Sequence record: NC_018854.1
Source: Escherichia phage ECBP1
Direction: 5' to 3' (one strand)
Length of the DNA stretch: 64,000 nucleotides
A program made the position numbers and the translations under genes. Within the stretch, counting starts at the first letter, position 1, and each line of letters begins with the position of its first letter. A model generated the notes under the pieces. The model ran no database searches. It was not told where the DNA came from and saw nothing but the letters and a program-made list of their open reading frames with translations. Below are positions 18,703 to 28,392 of this stretch, one piece after another.

Positions 18703-20751
18703 ATGAAAATCGAACTGATTTCTATCATCGCACTGGCAGTTGACAGTCGTAACCTTACATTGTGGAAGCCCGATGGCTCCACGATTGTATATCCTCAGAG
18801 CGACCCACGGGTTGCTCGCATTGTATCTGAAGCTCAAACTAAAGGTCTGGGAACTACCAAAGACCAAATAGAAGTAAACATCGCACCAGAAGTAAACCTG
18901 CGTACTGAATATCTGGAAGCAGAGAAGAACACTAACGGATTCGTCCGTTTCTTCAAGGTAGCTAAAGCTAAACTCAAAGAGTTCTTTCAGGATGGTACAG
19001 GTGTTCCACCTGACCGTATTATTTCTGATATTAAGCTGGGTAATCCTACTAAGACACTGGTGTCTAAAGCTATGGATACCTTTCTGGCTGTACAGGCCAA
19101 TGAACCAGAAGTAACTGTAACAGATGGTTGTTATGACAAACGTGACAATCTGATGTGGGTTACTGGCTGGGACAAAGACCATAACCATCCTGCACTGGTT
19201 CGTTTTATTAACGACGTAATGGGTTGTGGGTATGAATATACTAACACCATGCTCAAACAGGAATGGCCTGTTGCAGTTCGTGCAGTATCTGATGATGAAA
19301 TGGGTGAGTTTGCTAAACAAGCCGAACACATCAAAGGGGTTCATGTTGTATTCACCAGTCGTAAACATACCCCACCACCTTACATTGAAGTAACTAAAGT
19401 TACGAACCAGGATAAGCTGGCTGCTGCCTCGGAGAAACTAGCTGCATTGGGTGCTATTAGTACTGATGACGCTAACTTCCACACCGATGTGAAGGAAGAT
19501 GAAGTGGTTGTTGCTGTTACCAACAATGGGGTTATCCCCGGAGTTGAGAACCTGCAACGTCACTTACGTCAGTCTGCCAAGCTGAAAGACTACAAGGGCT
19601 TTACTAAGTTCCTTGAACGTCTGGCTCCGGTTATTAAAGACCGTCTGCACTCAGTAGAAGACCTGATGAAGTTCATGGAAACTGCTGAACTGCCTATTGC
19701 CGATGATGGTTCAATCCTGTTCCTCAAACGCCTTAAGTCTAGTGGTATAGAAAACGGTAAACGTGTATTCGTTGACTGTCACTCGGGTAACATTCGTCAA
19801 TGGGTAGGCTGTAAAGTGCAGGTACGCGAAGACCTGGTAGACCCTGACCGTCGTCAGGATTGCTCTAACGGTCTGCACGTAGCATCCATGAGCTATCTAC
19901 GTGGCTTCGGTGGTAATGTGACCATCCTTGGTAAAGTAGCACCGGAAGATGTATTTGCTGTTCCTCAGTACAGCACCAATAAAATGCGTGTATCTGCATA
20001 TCATATTATTGCTGAACTACCGGAAGAGGAACGTAATAATGTTAATAATGGTATCTACCTGTCTAAGACAGAAGTAGGTAAGAAATTGCTTAATGATGCC
20101 ATCGTTGGGAACCATAGCTCACCTACCACACTTATTATGGTTGGGGGTCATTATGGTACTAACCTCAAATACACTAATCTCACATCTGGTTCTGTAGAAC
20201 AATTCCGTACAGTTGCTAGCAAAGAAGCACTGAACATGGAAGAGTCACTGAATGAAGCTGTAGCTGCTGAACCAGTGAAGGCTACTGACCTTAAACCTGT
20301 TATTAAGAAGGCTCCTACTGTGAAAGAACAAATCCAGGAACTGGTCAAAGAGTTCCTTACTGCAACAACCCCAGAAGATAAGTTAGCTGCTGCTGACCTT
20401 CTGGTAGAACTGCGTGGTAAAGCTCGTAAGCCTTGGGCTGCATTCGATGTGGGTAATGATGTAGTAGCTAAGATTGCTGATGTACGTGCTACCTATACAG
20501 CTAAGCCTATTGGTAAACCTAAAGCTGTTAAGCAGGATAAGACAGTTAAACCTACTAAATCTAAGCCTGCTATTAATAGTACTAATGCCAACATCATCAG
20601 AGGTTATCTAGCAGATAGTGGTATGTCTGATTATCAGAAAGCCCACTCCATTCATGACCTGAAACGTGCAGCTAAGAAGTCTTATGCTGCTATGGGTCTT
20701 ACTGAAGAAGAGTGCAAAGCCATTGATAAGCTGAAGCACCACCTTAAGTAA
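18703..20751 (+). CDS. rIIB-like protein (assignment by position only)
   Basis: 682 aa directly downstream of the rIIA-like gene; K/A-rich C-terminal tail. Confidence 0.4.
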   Translation: MKIELISIIALAVDSRNLTLWKPDGSTIVYPQSDPRVARIVSEAQTKGLGTTKDQIEVNIAPEVNLRTEYLEAEKNTNGFVRFFKVAKAKLKEFFQDGTGVPPDRIISDIKLGNPTKTLVSKAMDTFLAVQANEPEVTVTDGCYDKRDNLMWVTGWDKDHNHPALVRFINDVMGCGYEYTNTMLKQEWPVAVRAVSDDEMGEFAKQAEHIKGVHVVFTSRKHTPPPYIEVTKVTNQDKLAAASEKLAALGAISTDDANFHTDVKEDEVVVAVTNNGVIPGVENLQRHLRQSAKLKDYKGFTKFLERLAPVIKDRLHSVEDLMKFMETAELPIADDGSILFLKRLKSSGIENGKRVFVDCHSGNIRQWVGCKVQVREDLVDPDRRQDCSNGLHVASMSYLRGFGGNVTILGKVAPEDVFAVPQYSTNKMRVSAYHIIAELPEEERNNVNNGIYLSKTEVGKKLLNDAIVGNHSSPTTLIMVGGHYGTNLKYTNLTSGSVEQFRTVASKEALNMEESLNEAVAAEPVKATDLKPVIKKAPTVKEQIQELVKEFLTATTPEDKLAAADLLVELRGKARKPWAAFDVGNDVVAKIADVRATYTAKPIGKPKAVKQDKTVKPTKSKPAINSTNANIIRGYLADSGMSDYQKAHSIHDLKRAAKKSYAAMGLTEEECKAIDKLKHHLK

Positions 20752-20763
20752 TAGCCTGTTCAA

Positions 20764-20794
20764 ATAGCCTCACTTATAATAAAGTGAGGCTATC
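20764..20794. promoter_or_regulatory. perfect 31-bp palindrome centred on TATAAT
   Basis: atagcctcactttat-a-ataaagtgaggctat read directly; sits between the rIIB-like stop and the HTH gene. Confidence 0.4.
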
Positions 20795-20813
20795 TTTGAA
20801 GAGGAAATAAGCT

Positions 20814-21209
20814 ATGTCTAAAGTATTCAGAAGTAATCGCAAAGCAACTGATGAAGACATCATTCGTATGAATGCTGTTGGTCTGTCCCTCGCAACTATC
20901 GCTAAGACGTTGGGGGTTCACCCAACCACAGTCACTTTGCGATTGCGTTCTCTAAACATTGAACCAGCCGACACACGTCGGACGTTCATGGAAAACGTAT
21001 TACGACCTTTACCAACCCATGTGGCTGATTGGCTGTCAGAACAAGTTGGTCCTGCTTATGAGATTCGCTCATATGTAAGAGACTTGATTCTGGAGGCATA
21101 TAATAATCGCCACCTTAACCAAGAGAGTGAGCATGACAAGTTCATCCGTTTGTACGCTGGCAAATACGGAAGCCTGGTTCCGGAAAGCAGTAGCAAATCC
21201 AACAAGTAA
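20814..21209 (+). CDS. helix-turn-helix DNA-binding protein
   Basis: LSLATIAKTLGVHPTTVTLRLRSL resembles an HTH. Confidence 0.45.
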   Translation: MSKVFRSNRKATDEDIIRMNAVGLSLATIAKTLGVHPTTVTLRLRSLNIEPADTRRTFMENVLRPLPTHVADWLSEQVGPAYEIRSYVRDLILEAYNNRHLNQESEHDKFIRLYAGKYGSLVPESSSKSNK

Positions 21210-21594
21210 GAATATTAGTACCCAGATTGGTTGTCATCTGGAAGAAGTATGTGAAATGTTAGATGAGTTGACCCCATCCTGTGAGGATAGTATGCAAGTA
21301 TTAGCCGATGCACAGGCTGCTTTGAGTAAATTATCTCTGCTGATGAAAACAAATCACATGGCTATTTTCCCAGCGAATAGCAATCGCTTAGCTTTGCTGG
21401 ATTCACTGGCAGACCAGATTGTTACAGCAACTGGAGTCGGTACTTTTCTTGGGATGAATGTCCCTGGAGCATTGGCTGAAGTCAATCGCTCAAACTATTC
21501 TAAGTTTGAAGATGGAGAACCTGTCTTCAATGGGAACATGAAAGTTATGAAAGGGAAAGACTACACTCCCCCGGATTTAACCCCTTACATCTAA
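21127..21594 (+). CDS. hypothetical protein, possibly MazG-like; start uncertain
   Basis: LEEVCEMLDEL resembles the MazG EExGE motif; track start overlaps the upstream gene by 83 nt. Confidence 0.3.
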   Translation: MSMTSSSVCTLANTEAWFRKAVANPTSKNISTQIGCHLEEVCEMLDELTPSCEDSMQVLADAQAALSKLSLLMKTNHMAIFPANSNRLALLDSLADQIVTATGVGTFLGMNVPGALAEVNRSNYSKFEDGEPVFNGNMKVMKGKDYTPPDLTPYI

Positions 21595-21615
21595 CCCTCT
21601 ACGGAGGGTTTTTTA
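21595..21615 (+). terminator. intrinsic terminator
   Basis: ccctc-tacg-gaggg followed by ttttttac. Confidence 0.6.
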
Positions 21616-21627
21616 CTGGAGATTTTA

Positions 21628-22938
21628 ATGTTTTCCAAACCTACCAAAGCCCCACTGAACAAGGGGCAAGAAGCGGTTGCGAAGGAGTTCTTCGACTTCC
21701 TGCTCGACCCTAATGCTACCGAATTCAATATTAGTGGCCCAGGGGGAACTGGCAAGACATTCCTGATGTCGCACCTCATTGATGACACTATGCCTGCATA
21801 TATGGAAACTTGCTCCCTTATGGGAACCAAGCCCCTATATAACGAAGTTGTTATGACTGCGACCACGAACAAGGCTGCTGAAGTTCTGGCTCAAGCTACT
21901 GGGCGTCCAACATCTACCTATCATTCCTTCCAGGGATTGATTGTTAAGAATGACTTTAAGACTGGTGAGGCTAATGTCGTACCGTCCAAATCATTCAATA
22001 TTAAGAAGAACAAAATCATCTTCGTAGACGAAGCATCCATGATTGACCGTCAGTTACTTAAGTATGCTCGTGAAGGTACTCACCAGTGCAAACTGGTATT
22101 TGTAGGCGATGCTTCTCAGCTTCTGCCTGTTAAAGAGAATAAGTCTCCAGTGTATGCAGGTAATATCCCAACACACTATCTGACTGAACAGATGCGTACC
22201 GATGCACCGGAACTTAAAGCATTGCACCAGCAATTGCGTGATACGGTAGAAGGTAAGACAGGCTTCCTGCCTATTAAATGTATTCCAGGCATCATTGATT
22301 GGGTACAGGGGGAAGAGATGGAGAAACTGGTTCTCAGTCACTTCACTCAACCTACTAATAGCCGTATTGTTGCTTACACAAATGACCAGGTTATTAATTA
22401 CAATAACTACATTCGTGAAGCTAATGGCTACGTGGGTGAGTACTCCATTGGTGAACAGCTAGTCTCTAACTCTGCTATTCGCTTAGGTGTGGATAATCGT
22501 CTGTCTATCGAGCAAGACGTAAAACTCATTGACCAGGATAGCAGTACTCGCATGATTCCAGTTACAGATGACCTGGAACTGGAAGTTCGTGATAGTACTC
22601 TGGACCTTGGTTATGGTGGTATTGTAAGTGAAGTCCCAGTACCTACCGACCCAGAATACTTCAACCGTTTGGTTAAGTGGCTAGGTAAAGAGAAGAACTG
22701 GGAACCCTACTTCCGTCTTAAAGAAACCATTCCAGACCTACGTGCTACTCATGCATGTACTGTCCATAAATCACAAGGCTCTACTTACGACACAATCTTC
22801 ATTGATGCAGATGACCTCTCAAGCTGTCGCCAACCTGATATGGTTGCCCGTCTGCTTTACGTCGCTGTGTCTCGTGCCCGTAAGCGAGTAGTGTTTTATG
22901 GCAATCTTGCCAGTAAGTATGGTGGTCTAACTTTCTAA
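21628..22938 (+). CDS. SF1 DNA helicase (Dda/RecD-like)
   Basis: Walker A GPGGTGKT; Walker B-like IIFVDEASM. Confidence 0.7.
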   Translation: MFSKPTKAPLNKGQEAVAKEFFDFLLDPNATEFNISGPGGTGKTFLMSHLIDDTMPAYMETCSLMGTKPLYNEVVMTATTNKAAEVLAQATGRPTSTYHSFQGLIVKNDFKTGEANVVPSKSFNIKKNKIIFVDEASMIDRQLLKYAREGTHQCKLVFVGDASQLLPVKENKSPVYAGNIPTHYLTEQMRTDAPELKALHQQLRDTVEGKTGFLPIKCIPGIIDWVQGEEMEKLVLSHFTQPTNSRIVAYTNDQVINYNNYIREANGYVGEYSIGEQLVSNSAIRLGVDNRLSIEQDVKLIDQDSSTRMIPVTDDLELEVRDSTLDLGYGGIVSEVPVPTDPEYFNRLVKWLGKEKNWEPYFRLKETIPDLRATHACTVHKSQGSTYDTIFIDADDLSSCRQPDMVARLLYVAVSRARKRVVFYGNLASKYGGLTF

Positions 22939-22948
22939 GGGAGGATAT

Positions 22949-23479
22949 ATGCCTCAGATTGGTTCAGCGACTATTGGTCAGGTTGCCAATAGCAGTGAGA
23001 TAGTCAAACACCTGTTCTTAGCAGAACTGGTTCGTCTTGATAGTGTGTTAAACGGTATCATTGATAAGAACGACCGTATCAATGGTATTGATATATCGGC
23101 TGGATTTCTTTATCAAGGGGAGTTCTATCAGCGTTCTAATGCTGCCAGACCTCCAACCTACGGTGAACGATTAACACTTAATCCAGAACTTTGGCCTGCA
23201 ATGGACAAGTATCTGAAAGCCTCCAGTCGCCTGATTATGGAAGTACACCTTGTGAACCAGACTGTATATCGCCTGGTTCGTGGTTGTATGTCCTATCAGG
23301 ATGTACGTGATGCTTTACCTGAATGCCTGGTAGCCCAGGACCAGACTGGTAAGTACAAGGAACTGCCACGTACTCGTGAAGCAGCCTGGACACTTGCTGG
23401 TGATCCTATGGCAATAAAACAGTATGAGAAGATTCTTCCCTCTATTGAGTACTATGCAGCTTCCCATCTGATTTTCTAA
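22949..23479 (+). CDS. hypothetical protein
   Basis: 176-aa ORF between helicase and polymerase. Confidence 0.45.
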   Translation: MPQIGSATIGQVANSSEIVKHLFLAELVRLDSVLNGIIDKNDRINGIDISAGFLYQGEFYQRSNAARPPTYGERLTLNPELWPAMDKYLKASSRLIMEVHLVNQTVYRLVRGCMSYQDVRDALPECLVAQDQTGKYKELPRTREAAWTLAGDPMAIKQYEKILPSIEYYAASHLIF

Positions 23480-23488
23480 GGTAAGGCT

Positions 23489-26068
23489 ATGCGTTACATC
23501 ACCTCTCAGGATACGGGTAAGTATCCTATTGCTATCCTCGGTCATCAAATCCGAAGGGAGGAGATGATTAAAACCTACCTGCTGCCTAATGACCTAAGCA
23601 TGGAAGATTTCATCTTCATCGAACTTCATTCTGCCCCCGGCAAGAAGAAGACTCCTGCAAGGGAGATTAAGGAGTTCATACAGCAGGAGTTGCAACAAGT
23701 ACTGGACGATGCAGAGACTCAATACATTATCTGTACCGATTCTGACTACTTCAAAATACTGACTAAAGAAGCAAAAGCAGAGGCTAACCTCGGCTACGTT
23801 TGTGATTCAGTATGGGGTAAGCAGAAGGTTATCTATGCACCTAGCTACAGACAGGTCTTTTATGACCCTCCTGTAGTGAAATCTAAGATTGCTCAGGGTA
23901 TGGATGCATTACTTAACCACATACGTGGGCAGTATGCAGAACCAGGTCAGGGAATCATTGAGTTTGAGGCTTATCCAGATACCCCAGAGAAGATTAAAGC
24001 CTGGCTAGACCAGTTGCTTGAGATGAATAAGCCATTGGCTATAGACATCGAGGCATTCGGTTTAAAGCACTATAACGCAGGTATAGGAACAATTACGTTC
24101 TGTTGGAGTAAGACACAAGGCATAGCCTTTAATGTGGACTACGAGCCGATTCCTGGAGCTACTGAAGCACCATACGGGCGTATCAACAGAAATGATGTTG
24201 TTCGAAATCTTCTTCGTGAGTTCTTCATTAAGTACACTCAACGGCAGATGTATCACAACATTAGCTACGACGTGTATGTGCTTATCTATCAATTATTCAT
24301 GGATAACCTGATTGATACAGAAGGCTTACTGCATGGTATGGAAATCATGCTACGCAACTGGGACTGTACTAAGTTAATCACCTACCTGGCTACTAACAGT
24401 TGTGCTGGTAATCACCTTAGTCTAAAAGACCAGGCTCAGGAGTATGCTGGTAACTATGCTCAGGATGACATTAAAGACATTCGTCTTATTCCTAATGAGC
24501 AACTCTTACGTTACAACCTCATTGATGGTTTATGTACCTGGTACACCTATGAGAAACACTGGGATACTCTCATTGCTGATGACCAACTAGATGTTTACAA
24601 CAACATCTTTAAGCCAGCCTGTGAAGATATTATCCAGATGCAGTTAACTGGTATGCCCATGAATATGGATACCGTTAACCAAGTAGCTAAGGAGATGGAA
24701 ACTGACAGGAACCAGGCTCTGAAAACTATTCGTGAGTCTAAGCTCATGAAGAACTTTACCCTGATGCTTCGTCAGGAATGGGTAGATGATAAGAATGCTA
24801 AGCTCAAGAAGAAGCAGGTAACACTTGCTGACTGTGATATCGAGTTTAATCCTAACTCCGGTCCACAACTACAGAAGCTATTATTTGACTATATTGGCTT
24901 ACCGGTTCTTGGTCTTACTAAGAGCAAGCAACCTGCTACTGACGGTGACACTATTAAAGCACTGCGTACACACACGCAGAGCGAAGATGTTAAGGAACTG
25001 CTCAATGCACTTATCGACTATAAGCTCGTGGATAAGATTATCACTTCATTCATCCCGGCTTTCCGTAATGCACAACCGGGACCAGATGGATGGCACTACC
25101 TATTCGGCAACCTCAATCTGGGGGGAACGGTTTCTGGTAGATTATCTGCCTCTGAGCCAAACCTGCAAACTATTCCGTCTGGCTCCAAATACGCCAAGAA
25201 GATTAAGAAATGCTTCGAAGCACCCCCAGGTTGGATCTTTTGTGGACTGGACTTTGCAAGCCTTGAGGACCGTATCTCAGCTTTAACTACTAAAGACCCT
25301 AATAAATTGCGTGTGTATACTGACGGGTTCGATGGGCACTCCCTCAGAGCTAAATTTTATTTCGGCGAGCAAATGCCGGATATAGATGATTCTGTGGAAA
25401 GCATCAACTCTATTCAGAAAAAATATAAAGCCTTACGTAGTGAATCGAAAGCTCCCACTTTCTTATTGACTTACGGTGGGACTTATATGGGCTTGATGAA
25501 AAACTGCGGTTTCCCGGAAGGGAAGGCTAAGTTAATCGAATCCAGATACCATGAAATGTATACGGTTAGTGATGCCTGGGTTCAAGCTAAGCTAGACGAT
25601 GCTGCCAAAACTGGTTATGTTACTGCCGCATTCGGTTTGAGAGTGCGTACTCCTTTACTGGCTCAAGTATTACGTGGGACATGTAAGACTCCGTATGAAG
25701 CAGAAGCAGAAGGCAGAACTGCTGGTAATGCTTTAGGGCAAAGCTGGTGTCTACTAAATAACCGTGCTGGTTCAGAGTTTATGCGTAAAGTCAGAGCCAG
25801 TGAGTTCAGGTTAGATATTCGTCCTAGTATTCATATTCATGATGCTCAGTACTTCATGATTCGTGACAACATGGATACTTTGCAATTCACGAACAAGCAC
25901 TTGGTTGAAGCCGTTAACTGGCAAGACCATCCTGATATTGCTCACCCAGAAGTTGGTTTGGGTGGGGAACTATCCTTGTTTTACCCAACGTGGGCTAACG
26001 AGATTGAAATTCCAAATCACGCTACCCCAGAAGAAGTTCATCAAATAATTCAAAAGGCATTCGCATGA
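23489..26068 (+). CDS. family A DNA polymerase with 3'-5' exonuclease domain
   Basis: Exo I-like LAIDIEAFG; motif A-like GLDFASLEDRI; motif B-like RSESKAPTFLLTYGGTYMG; motif C-like IHIHDAQ. Confidence 0.85.
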   Translation: MRYITSQDTGKYPIAILGHQIRREEMIKTYLLPNDLSMEDFIFIELHSAPGKKKTPAREIKEFIQQELQQVLDDAETQYIICTDSDYFKILTKEAKAEANLGYVCDSVWGKQKVIYAPSYRQVFYDPPVVKSKIAQGMDALLNHIRGQYAEPGQGIIEFEAYPDTPEKIKAWLDQLLEMNKPLAIDIEAFGLKHYNAGIGTITFCWSKTQGIAFNVDYEPIPGATEAPYGRINRNDVVRNLLREFFIKYTQRQMYHNISYDVYVLIYQLFMDNLIDTEGLLHGMEIMLRNWDCTKLITYLATNSCAGNHLSLKDQAQEYAGNYAQDDIKDIRLIPNEQLLRYNLIDGLCTWYTYEKHWDTLIADDQLDVYNNIFKPACEDIIQMQLTGMPMNMDTVNQVAKEMETDRNQALKTIRESKLMKNFTLMLRQEWVDDKNAKLKKKQVTLADCDIEFNPNSGPQLQKLLFDYIGLPVLGLTKSKQPATDGDTIKALRTHTQSEDVKELLNALIDYKLVDKIITSFIPAFRNAQPGPDGWHYLFGNLNLGGTVSGRLSASEPNLQTIPSGSKYAKKIKKCFEAPPGWIFCGLDFASLEDRISALTTKDPNKLRVYTDGFDGHSLRAKFYFGEQMPDIDDSVESINSIQKKYKALRSESKAPTFLLTYGGTYMGLMKNCGFPEGKAKLIESRYHEMYTVSDAWVQAKLDDAAKTGYVTAAFGLRVRTPLLAQVLRGTCKTPYEAEAEGRTAGNALGQSWCLLNNRAGSEFMRKVRASEFRLDIRPSIHIHDAQYFMIRDNMDTLQFTNKHLVEAVNWQDHPDIAHPEVGLGGELSLFYPTWANEIEIPNHATPEEVHQIIQKAFA

Positions 26069-26370
26069 CCAAAAGTACTAAAGAAACTGTTGTCAGAAAA
26101 TATCATTGGATGGTAGCAGCACAGGTAGTATTCCAACTTCCTAAAGTGGATGATGGTTCCCTGCTTACCATGAACACAATGTTGCTCACAGATGAACCTT
26201 ACGTGACCTATAAAGATTTGGCTCGTGCCAATCACTCTCTGAAAATCAGTCTGGACCAGCGTTTCGACACTTCAGTTGACTTGAAAGACATCGTTTATCT
26301 GTCTCTTAGCAACCTGGGTCTGATGTCTGAACCAGAGTTCCAGGCAAACATGATTCCCAAGGAGAAATAA
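26065..26370 (+). CDS. hypothetical protein
   Basis: 101-aa ORF. Confidence 0.45.
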   Translation: MTKSTKETVVRKYHWMVAAQVVFQLPKVDDGSLLTMNTMLLTDEPYVTYKDLARANHSLKISLDQRFDTSVDLKDIVYLSLSNLGLMSEPEFQANMIPKEK

Positions 26371-26846
26371 TGGCTAAGCTCTCCGGTGGATTGAATAACT
26401 GGTATGTAGTACCAGTTAAGCACCCTCAACGGAAAGAGCAAGAGCCATACCAAGCAGAGTGTGAGGATATTATCCAAGCACTGGGCATGACCTTCGATGA
26501 AGGTTGTGCCTTTAAAGCTCTATGGCGAAATGCTGCTGCCCGTATGGGTAATGGTAAACCTGGAAACACTGCTGTTTACGATGCAGAGAAGCTGGTTCAT
26601 TATGCTAATCGTATTCTTGCTAAGGAGAAGTTAGCTAGTGAGTTATTTCCGGATCCTGCTACGAATGTAAATACCGTTGGTAGTTATTGGCACCATACAA
26701 ACAATGGTAAACCTCACTTCACTAAAGAATTTTCATTCATTGAGATTGTTTATAAAGATGAACGAGATGAAATTTACTCGTATAACTTCAATCAGCTAAG
26801 TGAAATTAAGTGGAACTGGGTTCACAGATACAGGATTACTTACTAA
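26370..26846 (+). CDS. hypothetical protein
   Basis: 158-aa ORF. Confidence 0.45.
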   Translation: MAKLSGGLNNWYVVPVKHPQRKEQEPYQAECEDIIQALGMTFDEGCAFKALWRNAAARMGNGKPGNTAVYDAEKLVHYANRILAKEKLASELFPDPATNVNTVGSYWHHTNNGKPHFTKEFSFIEIVYKDERDEIYSYNFNQLSEIKWNWVHRYRITY

Positions 26847-26911
26847 TGAAGATAACCAACAACCATGATGTATCACTGGCCCTGGCTGTATGGCTATTGC
26901 ATGACGAGTAA
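26846..26911 (+). pseudogene. 21-codon diverged duplicate of the 5' end of the nuclease gene at 27412
   Basis: Translates MKITNNHDVSLALAVWLLHDE versus MKLTNKHDVSLALAVWLVTDD of the intact gene. Confidence 0.45.
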
Positions 26912-26917
26912 CTAATT

Positions 26918-27415
26918 ATGAAACAGAGGATTGCCCATGACAGGCTTTTACAGCTTGTTAGTTATGACCCTATTTCCGGGATTTTTACTCGTAGGAATAC
27001 CGGAAAGGTATCTGGTTACCTAATGAAGAGTGGTTACGTTCAACTCCGTGTGGATAGTGTGTTGTACTATGGGCATATCCTTGCATGGTTCTATGTGCAC
27101 GGTGTATGGCCTACGGATAGAATTGACCATAAGGACAATATTCGCCATCACAACTGGATAGATAACCTCAGAGAAGCGACCCACAAGCAGAATAACCAGA
27201 GTGCTGTTTTATCTAAAACAAACACATCTGGATTTAAGGGGGTATCCTTTTCAAAGAATTTAGGTAAATACAGAGCAACTATTTGGGTTAACAGTAAACC
27301 AATTACATTAGGTTTTACAGATGACCCAAGAGAAGCTGCTGTTCTCTATGATGAAGCTGCTATAACTCATTATGGTGAGTTTGCTAAAACTAATAAGCAA
27401 TTGGGACTGTTATGA
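26918..27415 (+). mobile_element. HNH-AP2 homing endonuclease gene
   Basis: HNH-like HKDNIRHHNWIDNLREATHKQN followed by AP2-like GFKGVSFSKNLGKYRATI...FTDDPREAAVLYDEAAITHYGEFA. Confidence 0.65.
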
Positions 27416-28392
27416 AACTTACCAACAAACACGACGTTAGTCTTGCACTAGCTGTATGGCTTGTAACGGATGATTATGATTATGTAGACAATCCTAAGTA
27501 TCTGTCTGTTACTACCTTGCTTAAGCCCATTAAGCAAATAGTCATGAAGCATCGTGTAGATCTTAGTGACCAGTCAATTGATGTTATGGATTTCGTCTCC
27601 ACATCAATGGGTACTGGTTTACATGATTCTATCGAGAAGGCCTGGAAGCTGGGTCATAAGACTGCATTGAAAAAGTTGGGTTATCCTCAACGAGTAATTG
27701 ATGCAGTAGTCATTAACCCAACCAAAGCAGACTTTGATGCTAACCCTGACCTTATCCCAATCTACATTGAACAGCGTGGAACCAGGATAGTTAAGGGTTG
27801 GACTATCGGTGGTAAGTTCGACATCGTAACAGAAGGTCTGCTGCAGGACTTTAAGTCTACCTCAACCTATTCCTGGGTTGCTGGTTCCCGTGATGATGAA
27901 CATAAGATGCAAGGCAGCTTGTATCGTTGGATTCACAACGACATCATTACCGAAGATGTAATCCGTATTAACTACATCTTCACTGACTTCATGAAACACA
28001 TGGCTAATAGCAATCCGAACTATCCTGCTAATCGTATTATGCATAAGGATATTCCGTTGCTATCTGTCGAGAAAACTGAACGTTGGGTAGAAGAGAAGAT
28101 TCACCTCATTGAAAAGTACTGGAATGCACCTGAAGAGGAAATTCCTGAATGTACTGATGAGGAGTTGTGGCGAACAGAGCCACAGTTCAAATACTTCTCT
28201 GATGCTTCTAAGGTAGATGTACCTGGAGCCAGAAGTACCAAAAAATTTGACGATATGGCATCTGCTCGTATCTTCATGGCTGAAAAAGGTGGCAAGGGTG
28301 CTATCAAGGTCGTGGAGGGGCAGGTTAAGCGTTGTCTATACTGCCCTGTCGCGTCCATTTGCAAACAAAGAGAGAGATATTTTCCATCATGA
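27412..28392 (+). CDS. PD-(D/E)XK nuclease with C-terminal Cys cluster (Cas4/RecB-like)
   Basis: GGKFDIVTEGLLQDFK (D...E.K pattern) and C-terminal RCLYCPVASIC. Confidence 0.5.
   Translation: MKLTNKHDVSLALAVWLVTDDYDYVDNPKYLSVTTLLKPIKQIVMKHRVDLSDQSIDVMDFVSTSMGTGLHDSIEKAWKLGHKTALKKLGYPQRVIDAVVINPTKADFDANPDLIPIYIEQRGTRIVKGWTIGGKFDIVTEGLLQDFKSTSTYSWVAGSRDDEHKMQGSLYRWIHNDIITEDVIRINYIFTDFMKHMANSNPNYPANRIMHKDIPLLSVEKTERWVEEKIHLIEKYWNAPEEEIPECTDEELWRTEPQFKYFSDASKVDVPGARSTKKFDDMASARIFMAEKGGKGAIKVVEGQVKRCLYCPVASICKQRERYFPS

Noticed and set aside
674-20348. Minus-strand ORFs within the early/middle plus-strand block (e.g. 674-919, 8326-8559, 11025-11663, 18652-19368, 20151-20348)
   Set aside because: Each lies antisense within a confident plus-strand gene; the 18652-19368 ORF overlaps the rIIB-like gene and has Cys/Phe-rich composition.
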